From Geosiphon pyriformis uo1 (Eukaryota; Fungi; Glomeromycota), in the NCBI GenBank assembly GCA_016748015.1, contig JAAOMT010000420.1:226602-290601 (forward strand): DNA of 64,000 nucleotides. Reading direction: 5' to 3'. Every line of letters begins with the position of its first letter. Position 1 is the first letter of the stretch. Made by a program: the position numbers and the translations under genes. The notes under the pieces were generated by a model. The model worked only from the letters and a program-made list of their open reading frames with translations. It made no database searches and was not told the origin of the DNA. Below, in pieces: positions 24,022-35,518 of the stretch.

Positions 24022-27000
24022 GTGGCAACCACACCAGACGCAACAACTCTAGAGTATTACCAATCAATTTACACCCACTGCAAGCAAAGATTCAACATTC
24101 CAGACGGAATTGAAATTGTCAAGAAATCAGTATACCAATGCATTGAAAACCGCATCAACAATTATTTTTTTGGAAATTACAATATCTCAGAAGTTAGAAG
24201 CAACCTTTACAATAATTTAGCACACTATTCACAGTTGGGAACTGAAGACCTTAATAGTGAAACACTTGCCACTTACTTTCACGAAATTAATTATAACATT
24301 ATTAAATACTGTGAAGAAACATATCCAGTGCAGTCTCAATACACTATTGATTTTGAATCGGAAACAGAAACAAGCAACAAAGGCAAAAACAAATTAAAGC
24401 AATATTCAAGAACCACCCCAAATACTCCAACACTACCGAAAACAACTGCTAAACATTTACAAACACCTGAACAAGAAACCAGTTCAAAACTTCTACTTAC
24501 TATCACACCTTTTCCAGCCTCACTTGTATAAGCACAAACACCTAATTCACCCTTGAATCGATTTGCAAGACCAGAAGATTTTACATCACTCAGAAGTCTC
24601 ACCAGACAACAAGAACCCCCTCAAACTAGTTCTAATCTCCTTGATTTTCTAGCTGAAAATCAAAGTGAACACTCTGAGACAGCAGCAAACGAAGAAAACA
24701 ACTCTGAAATAACCGAAGAAGAATCAATAGACAGTGAAAACGAAGAAAACAAAATGACAACATACATCACAAAAATCCCTGAATTCAATGGAGAAGATAT
24801 TGAGACCAGTCCCCAAGAATGGCTTGACCAAGTTACTAAAGCTGGAGATGTAAATGGATGGAATGCTGCCAGAATGTTAAGAACAATTCTCTACTTTCTC
24901 AAAGGCATAGCAGAAGAATGGTTTGAAAACCTTGCCGCCCCATTCAATGATTGGAATGCTTTTAAAGCAGCCTTCCTTGAACAGTTCACCGACAATAATA
25001 CCTTTATTGCTCTTCACAATTGTTTTCGAAATATCAAACAAGAACCCTCCAAATCCATTATGACTTATATTGGAAAATTCAACAAACTTCTCAGACGGAT
25101 TTGCCAACTCGAGACAAATGATTATTATTCTGATGCTTAAATCTTGGATCAATTTATTGCTGGTCTGAAAGATAAACTAATTAAAAAGGTTCGCCCACAC
25201 ACGCCAGAAGATTTAAACTCTGCCATCCAGTATGCGAAAAGATACGAAATGGCCATGGAAGAGGCCAATTGTACAAAACTTGTAAATTTGGCAATTGGAG
25301 AAACCAGCTCAGCAGCTGAGGAAAAAATTGACCAACTCACAAAGAAGGTCGAAAACTATTTTACCAACCAACAACAACAACAACAATCCCAAAGATATCA
25401 ACCACTCCAAAAACGAAATCAAAATAATTTTGCACCACTTTCAAATAACCAGCCCCAGAATTACCATTACTGTGAAATCTCTGGCCACTGGAAAAGAGAT
25501 TGCAGAAAGCTACAGCGAGACCAACAAAACAGGGATAATCAACGTTACTCTCCACTACAGCAATCTTATTATCAACCATTACCACCAGCTTACTATCCAC
25601 CAAGACCCCAATACCAAAATAACTATTATCAGCCCGCCCCACAACCAATCCAACAGCAATACCAACAACCACCCACACAACATTATCAAGTACCTGCTCG
25701 AAGACTGATTACACAAAATCAATTCACACCACAAAACCGATACCAAGTAAACAACAATAGAATCAGTTCAAACAACCAATTAGTTCCCCAAAATACCACT
25801 CAACCAAGATCCAACCCTTATCACACTCAACCCAGTTATTTAACAATGCCAGAAGAACAGAATTTTCACCATACTGCACCCTTAGAAGGTAGAGCTGCAG
25901 CCCAACAACAATGAAACCCTTCTCATAACCACACCATTATTCCACCAGCCCAAATTGTTGAAAATGCCAATCTCTCTGATATCTTTCTTTTTGAATTTGA
26001 AGCAAATGAATCACCATTCTTACTTAGCAATACAGTGCTAATGAGCAAAAAGCCATCACTGCAATGTATGCAGAAGCTGAAGTAGAAGGAAAGCCAATTT
26101 GTTTGATCCTAAACAGTGGATCCGCCGGAAGCATTATTACCTACCAGTTAATGTAACAGTTGAAAAGAAATATCAACCGACCAGCTCAAACAGTAATTAT
26201 CACTGCCGATGGTATGAAAAAGACTCCAGTAGGAGAAATTGACAATTTTCCATTCACTCTTGATGGAATCACTATTCCAGTCAAAGTTCTTGTAATGGAT
26301 GCACTCCAGTACCAAGCCCTCATCAGAAATGATTGGCTTCAAAAAGCCAATGCTAATCTGAACTGGGAGACACAAGAGTTAACAATCTCTTACCAAGGAC
26401 AACACGCCTGGGTACTTGCCATTTGTGGTACATTCAACAAACGCTCTGAAAAAGCCCTGGCTTTTGAATTTGAACCAGAAGAAAAAAAACCAATAATTGA
26501 AACATTCATGGCTCTTGGATCAACGTTCAATTGGGCCGATGAAACAAAACAAGAACATTTTACACCACACACTAAACCCGAAACCTCTGGATGGAATATA
26601 TCTTACTCAAAACCTGAACCAAGAAAACAACGCCCCTATATTCCCCTTAAATGTAAGGACTGCCACAAGAAACTATCATCAATAGGAGCCTGCATTTCAC
26701 CTGAAGAAGAATATGAGAATCATACTTGTTATTACTGCAAGGCTTGTCACAGAGAGCAATGGGGCCATCTAATAAAAAGGAGCGGAAAATGGGACAACAC
26801 CTCTTGTTTGACTTGTGGAGATATGCTACCAGAAGAATGCAATTAGATTGATGTAGCAATGAGAGGAGGTGTCTGTGATCAAACCTGCCAATATGCTTTA
26901 TCAATTTCAGAAAAAGTAAAAAGAGGAACACCCTTTAATGCAGCATACAACAGTGCTCTCAACAAACTTTATCACTACTTTCATGATGCCGAGATGATTT

Positions 27001-29645
27001 TCGACTTAGCAATGGCTTTAATTAATGGAGCTACCAAAGAAGATGTTCGTCAAATAAAGGAAGTAGAATACATTAAATACACTATGGAATTAGCTGGATT
27101 TGATTACAAAGATGAAGTAGAAGTCTATCACCAAATTGCAAGTCACACCTACCCAACTCAAGAAGCTCAAATTCAACGATTAGAGCAAATGAACATTAGG
27201 CTATGTGAAGAATGCATTATGCCTTGTAATGAACAATGGTGTCCCAAATGCTATGCTCTTAGTATTCCCTTGCCCAGCGAAAATGATGAGAATGAAATTG
27301 AATTTGGAGAACCTGAAGAAATGGAAGAAATTGAAACAACACCCATCTACCTTATCAAAAATCAGCCTGCCTTACAACTTAAATACTTCAACAACAACAA
27401 ACAAGGAATAAAATCTGAAAAAGCACATGAAATTGATGTTGGATATGACTTAAGATATCCAGGCAAGAATACTCTTGTTCTCAAACCCAAATCTCTCACA
27501 AAAATCAACCTCAAAATTGCACTTGAAATCCCGCCAGAAGCAATGGTTCAAATCACCTCTCGGTCCTCTCTGGCAAGCAAAAGAATCAATGTCAGAGGAG
27601 GAATAATCGATGCTGGATATACTGGAGACATAACAGTGATGCTTCAAAATGAGACTGACAAACCATTCAAGATCGAACATGCTGAAAAAATTGCCCAAGC
27701 TATTTACCTACCCTTAATCAACATTTCGGGTTTGCAACTAGTCAATCAAAGAGAACATTTAGGAAAAAGTGATAGAGGAACTCAAGGTTTTGGTTCAACT
27801 GAATGATTCACAGTTCCAGTTAATATAGCTCTTAACACACAGAACAAATCCTACCAGATTCTCAGACTTCCACAACCGATTACCATCTCACTTTTTGGAG
27901 AACATCCAGAAATTTACACTTGTACAAAGCCAACAACCACACAACAAATTTTTGAGTCCAATGAACAAGTCTGCTTGGAACATAATATTTTGATCCCAAA
28001 CATTTATATTCCAGAAGGAACAAAGAAAGTCCGAGTTACTTTTTACAACCCCAATAATTACCCCATAATTTTATTAAATAATTTAGAAATTGGAGTTATT
28101 CACAGTAATATATTTCAACAAAAATTACCCCAAACAGTCCCCGATTTCCCTGAAATTATTGGACATTCACTACTGAAAATCAACCCAAACTCTAGCTCTG
28201 AAAACTACCATGTTGTTATGGAAAAACTATCTCAAATCAACATGGGACAACTTGAACTACAACAATAGACGCAGCTCAAAGAACTAATTGCAGAATTTGC
28301 TGATATCTTCGCCGAAAACAACAATGACTTAGGAAGAACTGATTTGGTTCAACACCAAATCTATACAGGAGATGCCAAACCCAGGTAACAACAAGCCTAC
28401 CAAGTTGCTCCAGAAAGTCACCAATTTATCCGAGAAGAAGTACAACGGATGCTTAACAATGGGCTTATTCAACCATCAATAAGCCCATGGGCCTCACCTG
28501 TGGTTCTAGTTAAAAAGAAAAATGGAAAGATACGATTTTGTGTTGATTACCGACAACTTAACAGTATCACCATTGGGGATGCCTACCCTCTTCCCCGAAT
28601 TGATAACATGTTGGATGCCCTTGGAAAGTCCAAATACTTTTCAACATTAGATTTAGAAAGTAGATACTGGCAAGTTGCTATGGATCCCAAAGACCGCTCC
28701 AAAACAGCATTCATCACTCAAGAAAGAAATTACGAGTTCAATGTAATGCCTTTTGGATTATGCAATGCACCAGCAACATTCCAAAGACTCATGGATGTTG
28801 TTTACAAAGGCCTCCTTTGGAAATCAGTAGTAGTTTATCTTGATGACACTGATGTTTATTCATCATCTTTTGAGCTACATTTAATTCACCTGCGAGAAGT
28901 TTTTCAATGATTACGGAAAGCAGGATTGAAATTGAACATTGAAAAATGCTACTTCGGAAAGACAAGTTTAGCTTTTCTTGGTCACATTGTTAGCAAAGAT
29001 GGAATTAAACCAGACCCCGGAAAAATCAGTACTGTCAAAAACTTCAAGACTCCATGAAATACCACAGAATTAAGAGGATTTATTGGATTAGCATTCTATT
29101 ACCGAAAATTCATCAAAGGATTCTCAGAAATTGCAAAACCTCTCAACCAGCTCACTATGAAAAATGTCGAATACAAATAGACAAAAGAACACCAAAATGC
29201 CTTCGAGATACTCAAGGAAAAACTCACAACAGTCCCAATCCTCGCCTACTCAGACTTCAGCAACCAATTCCGGTTAGCAACTGATGCTTCTTATACTGCC
29301 TTTGGTGTTATTCTATCACAGTTAGATAACAATGGAAATGAGCAAGTAATTGCTTATGCTAGTAGAACATTAAAACCAGCCGAAAAGAACTATTCTGCAA
29401 CAGAATTAGAAACTGCAGCAGTAATCTGGGCCCTACATCACTTCAACCTTTACCTCAGACCCAAAGAATTCGATATTATCACTGATAATATTGGACTTAA
29501 ATGGCTTCAAAACAAAAACATCCAGCTGAACGCAAAACAAACCCGATGGACAAGATTTTTAGCTAATTATCAATACATCGTACACCACAAACTAGGAAAA
29601 CTCCACACCAACGTTGATTGTCTCTCAAGGATGAGGCAAGATTAG
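24022..29645 (+). pseudogene. Gag-PR-Cys-rich-dUTPase-RT-RNaseH polyprotein of E3
   Basis: N-extension 24022-24753; capsid from MTTYITKIPEF; knuckle (C)HYCEISGHWKRDC; PR ILNSGSAG ~26100; Cys-rich ~26650-27270; dUTPase ~27370-27803; RT PWASPVVLV, MPFGLCNAPATFQ, YLDD; RNase H TDAS, YSATELE; few stops and frameshifts. Confidence 0.95.
27370..27803 (+). other. dUTPase domain within E3 polyprotein (also E2 ~16245-16675, E1 ~4655-5085)
   Basis: All five trimeric dUTPase motifs: D(A/V)GYDL, RSSLA, GIIDAGYTG, KIAQAI, RGTQGFGST(G). Confidence 0.95.
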
Positions 29646-29693
29646 AAACAAAACCAACACTCATTTGAATTAACAGCATCAAAACAACAAACA

Positions 29694-31079
29694 ATGAACC
29701 CTGAAAACTACAACAATCTCAAACAATATTTGGAGACATTAACAATCCCAACAGATTGGTTTTTAGACAAAAAACATTGATTACAATAACAAGCCAAACA
29801 ATATTTTCTACACAACAACATTATCTATCATCGAAATTTCAAAAACCCAACCAAATCACTCAGATTAATACAAGAACAGAAAAAAGAGACCATTTTATAC
29901 AACATGCACTCGGATCCTTTATCAGCACACTTCGGAAAAGATAGCACCACCCAAAGAACACTAGAATATTACTTTTGGCCTTGAATGAAAAAAAACATTC
30001 ATGAATATGTCGAATCTTGTGATAGTTGTCAAAGAAGAGGAAGAACTTGCCCTACAGAATCTTTAAATCCACTCAAAGTTGGACAGCCTTTTGACAGAGT
30101 TGGTATCGATTTAGTTGGACCACTATCTATCACCACTCAAGGAAACCATTATATTGCAGTAGCTGTAGACTATCTTACTAAATGGCCTGAAGCCAGAGCC
30201 ATTCAACGAGCAGATGCAAAATCAGTAGCAAATTTTATCTACGAAGACATCATTTGTAGACATGGATGTCCAATTGAACTTTTATCCGATCAGAGAACAC
30301 ACTTTGTGAACAACCTGATACAAGAAATTTGTGAACGATTCAATGTCAAAAAACCTCTGTCTTTGCCCTACCATCCACAAACAAACGGACTTGTGGAATG
30401 TTTTAACAGAACATTGTGTGAGTCATTAGCCAAAGTCTCAACTGATTTTGAGCAAGAATGGGATCTCTTTATTCTATCAGTGTTACTAGCATATAGGACA
30501 TTAAAACAAGATACCATAAAAAACACACCATTTGATTTAACTTATGGAAGGACGGCAACGTTACCAATTAGTTTTACAGTGGAAACATACCCAGTACAAC
30601 TGATCAATGAAAACAATTTCTAAGAAACACTTCAGTGAAGAGCCTACACTCTGCTTAGTACATTGGAAGGAAAACGACAAATAACAGCCACCCATATTGA
30701 ACACTCCCAAGCTCAACAAAAAGAACAGCATGATGACAAATTGCCTTCAGTCACCAATAAATTCAAAATTGGAAACAAAGTTCTCTTACACAGAACTAAA
30801 GCTGAAAAACAATGGAGTGGAAAATTTGAAAATAAATGAGATAAACCATTCTTTATCCATGAAGTCCTAGACAATGGATCATACAAGCTAAGACTTGATG
30901 ACAAAATCCTAGCAAAAGTTGCACATGGAGATCATTTGAAACACTATCATTCCAGAAACAATCCTGAACCATTAATTCCACAAATTGGTATACATTCTCC
31001 TTTGGTCAGTCCCGAAGATATTCCCTGAAACTTAGAACCAATAGTTGTTATTGAACAACCTTCCAACCTGAACACTTAA
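29694..31079 (+). pseudogene. Integrase ORF of E3 (separate from pol)
   Basis: HSDPLSAH...CDSCQ zinc finger, GIDLVGP, SDQ(G)THF, YHPQTNGLVE, GPF-like C-terminal module; no chromodomain seen. Confidence 0.94.
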
Positions 31080-31190
31080 TTTAATTTTACTAGTCATTCT
31101 CTTATAATTTAGAAACAATCTCACAAAAACAAAAACAACATAAAAACCCATACACCAAAAATAATTTTTATTTTTTTTCAATTGCTTATA

Positions 31191-31910
31191 ATGACTATTC
31201 CTCAAAACATTCAACAATTATCCCAAAAACTAATGTTAGCTTTAAAAACAATACCCAAATTATCTATTACTGTTACTGGAAACCACATTAATTATATCCA
31301 AACAGAAGTAGTTACAAATTTAGCCCCAAACTCACGAAAATAACACTCATATAAAAAGAACACAAGAAGTTATACTGGAATTCACCTGCCAGAACTTTTA
31401 AAGCTTGCTTTAAGAGAAAACCTAATGCTCACTCCAATTAGTATTCCACCAAATGCTACAATTCAACAAAAACTTCAACTGTGTCTTAATGAGAAAAACA
31501 CTGAATATCCTCCAATCTATAGATATTTTCACATTGGAAAAACACTCTACAAACAGAAACTGGAACTTACAACAGCAAACCTCACAAAAGAAGCTATTCA
31601 GAAACAACTCCACAATGAATTCAAGACAACAGCTGGATCAACAAACAGTCGCTACAGGCTTAGAGCCGCCCTTAAACTTTATGACCTATTCCACACCTGT
31701 GAAAACGTACTACAAAACCCAATTTTTCAACCTTTGAAGATTCAATACATTGGAAAGCTCACAGAACTGAAATTTCAACAATTTTCAGACCAAATTTCTT
31801 CAATAATTTTGGATTATTATCTGGAAATAACAGACAGTACTTGGACTTTGACGGAGCTCAGTCTTGAGGAGGAGGTTATGTTACCAGACGAATTTAGAGA
31901 TATTATTTAG
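31191..31910 (+). pseudogene. Accessory ORF3 of E3, 239 aa, unknown function
   Basis: ATG at 31191, one premature TAA (TAT in E1 and E2), frame runs across the PPT and ends 32 nt into the 3' LTR. Confidence 0.88.
31866..31875 (+). promoter_or_regulatory. Polypurine tract of E3
   Basis: GAGGAGGAGG, 3 nt before the 3' LTR. Confidence 0.8.
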
Positions 31911-32856
31911 CATGAAATTATCTTATAATTCCTATCATTAATTAGCATATATTATCATTTCAAATGATCACTTATTACATTAGCAAAAATGTCCGAAATT
32001 ATCATTTAATTAATAACCCAAATTGTACACAACACAAATGTAATCTAATTGTGATGATCAATCATGCAATACCCCAAACTATGTAACATTCAAAAAGTTT
32101 GCCAAAATTTGTAGAAATTTGCCAAAATAATTGATAGTTCACCAAAATATCTAATAGTTCGCTGAAATAACTTATAGTTTGCTGAAATGTATCTTTAGTT
32201 CAGCGAAATTTTAGAAAATAGCAAAGTTCAAGTTTATAGAATAGTGTTACGACAAGTTGTATAAAAGAAAAGCTTTTCTCTTCAAGAAAATGTATTTACT
32301 TTAGATTTATTTCTTAAAACCATTTATATACACACAAAAAGAAATAAATATCAAATAATTCGAAAAACCAAATTCTTTAATTATTGTACTTGGAAAATCC
32401 CCAAAACCCAATTAACATTTCGAAATTGATTAGCTACCAATTTCAGTAAACTGTTAGTGACTCCAAGCCTGGATAGAAAACGTTCCCTTGATAAGATCCT
32501 ATTTCTTTTACACTTCTGTTATTTTTCTTTCTTTTCTTATTACAATCATTAGGGTAGCCTACAGACGAGATTCCTGTAGAAGAGTTGACTTTCACAGCAA
32601 AATAACTACACATTTATAGTAAGCTTCCAGACAAGCAATTCCTGGGAAAGAGTTGACGTTTACTACAACATAACTACATAAAGTAACTGGCAAGGAATTG
32701 GCCATTCCACTCATAAGCCCAGCAAATTCAAATTATAGGAGATAATTTGAAGATAAATTCAGTTACTGGAGGTTCAACCACATCCAGAAAACGTGAATTC
32801 ACAGCAAATAAGTATCAACAACATTACAGAAAAGAAACCAAAAACCTCTGGTAACA
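31879..32856 (+). repeat. 3' LTR of E3
   Basis: TGTTACCAGA...TCTGGTAACA followed by TSD ACAT. Confidence 0.97.
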
Positions 32857-35518
32857 ACATTTTAATATATTGCAAACTAGCTTTTAAATAATGCCAACTA
32901 ATTAAGTTATATGTTTTACACATGTCTTATAAAACCAACCAAATTTTTTTGTTCTTTTCAAGACATTTTCAACCATTGAACTAATAGCAAAAATAGAAAA
33001 CTGTATTGAAATGTCTTTTAAAACAGAAAAGTTGTTTTCATAAAAAACACCAAATTTACTACAAACAAGAAAAATTTGATCTAAGAGAATCTTAAAAAAA
33101 ATTTTCTTAGTTATTTCAATCAAAGTAATAGGTTAAATATTTATTAAAATTTTATTCTATTTATAAAATTTAAGTATTATTAAAACCTATGCTCTTCTTT
33201 ACAAAGTTAAAATCATATTCAAGATTAAACATGAATTTAAAAAATCCAAAAAACACTTAACAATATTATTGTTACAATGTTTTCACAATTTATTAGAGAT
33301 ATTACACAAACCAGCAGCTTTTCCATTCAACAAATTTTTGACTACTTAAACCAATTTTTCAAAACCAATAACATTTATAACATTTAAAAATACACTATTA
33401 TTTACATAGTTTAAAAAAACATATTAACTAGTTCAGAATTCAGATAAAAGTCTGAAAATTACTTATTTTTTGGTTCAATTTTTTATAATTATATTAATTT
33501 TAGATTTAACATTATCAAATTCCAAAAATATTTTATTATTAATAATTAAATAATTTAATACTATTGTTATAAGTTGGAATAACAAACTAACGGATAGCAA
33601 GAGAGAACAGGATTGTAGGATGATGGAAATAATCAAAAAGAATTCAACTTCAAAGAGCAAATTGAATGAATATGAATTTAATGTGCAAGATCAGTCTCAT
33701 AAAATATCTTAGTCACTATTCTTTTTAAAGGTAACTAGTGTTACCAAGTAAAAGCTATGGATTTGTAACTTCTTAGCAATGACAATAGCTTTCACCTAGA
33801 ACACACACATTACCATGATTATGCTACTGACTATAGCATATCATGGGTGTATGGACTATTTCAGTGAATAGGAGAGCAGAAAGGAGTACGTGATAAGGTC
33901 ATTAAAAGTGAAAGAAAGTATTGTTATTATTATTTGTTTTTGGGCAAGAACCAGTCTTAGATATTTTAAAGGGAAAAGAGAAATCACATTTCTTTATATG
34001 TATCAGAAGTGCAACCAGCAACAAGGAATAAAACCAACTACTCAAAGAAATACATAACCAAAATTCTTTTAATTAGTTGTCGAAAGGGTGTGGTGTTCAA
34101 ATGCCCACTTTGAAAACAAAGTTATAGGAATTATAAAAGAAATTATAAAAGTCAAACATAACTGAAATAGATTTTGCTTAAACTTTTTATTGTTGAGACC
34201 ACTCTTTAACAATGTGATACTTTATTATTTATTTTTATATTTAACAACTTGTTTGGTAAAACAAGACTTAATATGAAATGGTGATAACACATGATTTAAA
34301 AGATTGGAAGTAATAGAACAACTTGAAATGGTGATAACAAGTAAGTAAAAGATTATAAACAACATGATTCTAAATGGTGATAAGGAATATGGGAAGACAT
34401 ACTTGAGATTGTGATAACAAGTATTTAGAGCATAGAAAGGGGAAAAAGAATGTAAAGAGTAGAAGAGAGGACTAACTGCTCACTATAAAACTATAGCAAA
34501 GAGTTGGCTCAGTATTGAACTGATACTTTTCTGAGCTGACAGAGGGGCTGTATATATAACTAAATTACATCAAATTTACATACTATATTATAACTATTTA
34601 AAATACATCAATTATTTATATATATTTAATTAATCAATTTATGATGAGCTTACTTAGCCTGTTATTTATCCAAGAGCTAGTAATTTAGATAATCAGATTT
34701 TAGATGGCTGGATCTAGAACATTGATTGTAAATCAATGATATCAATTGTGATTATGATCAACATAATCAGAAGTAGATCAATTAATTACATTTTTTGATA
34801 ACTACTTTTAACCATTGATCGCAAATCTGAAATGTTAGATTGTTCTAATAAGGGCGTATGAGAATTTTGGAGCATAACAAAACCTGTTGTTATCTGATTA
34901 CATGCATCAATCATTTATTTCCATTGGTGTTTCTTAGTTTGTCAAGATTTCTTTATATCCAACTTAGTTAAACTGTTGGATTGTGCCATATTTCTTTGTT
35001 GTAATTAGATTGATTACTGATCATTTATTTCCAGATTGCCAGCTGATTTTGTTAATTAAGTGTGATGATATAGATCTTTTTCGCATGATTTTGATGTTAA
35101 TTTTCATTGTATGTGTTGTAATTTTTGCATTGAAAAGTGTGAAAATCTTCTGGTAATACTGGAGAATCTGAAGGTAGAGGGATAGTCCATATTGTCAACA
35201 ATTGATCACCACTGGTATAATTCTATGCCTCATGTCAGTGCTCTTAGAATTCAATATCAGGTATCAACTTGTGCTTTTCAGTTATGTTTATTCAAATAAT
35301 CTTCAAATGCTACAATTATATACATCAGGAAAAGACCAACAAGTAATCTTTTATCTTTAAGATGTTCAAATACTTAAAAGTAGGGAAAAAGAATTTTAGC
35401 AATCAGAGAAAAATTGAGATGAAAGTTGTTATTTTATTTATTCTTGATTAATCAGATGCTTGTTATTACATACTTTTTTACAGCTAAGAGACTCATCACT
35501 TATATAGCTATTGAAAGT

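Larger units (their letters stand above)
22999..32856 (+). mobile_element. Ty3/Gypsy LTR retrotransposon, family A, copy E3 (full length, least decayed)
   Basis: 978-bp LTRs 22999-23976 and 31879-32856; outer termini form a 10-bp inverted repeat TGTTACCAGA/TCTGGTAACA; perfect 4-bp TSD ACAT; PBS, PPT and all domains present. Confidence 0.98.

Noticed and set aside
25295-25708. Overlapping and antisense ORFs over the Q/P-rich Gag tail (also 14167-14580, 6763-7122)
   Set aside because: By-products of CAA/CCA low-complexity sequence; they lack ATG starts and recognisable domains.
31191-31910. ORF3 as an envelope gene
   Set aside because: No signal peptide, furin site/fusion peptide or transmembrane helix.
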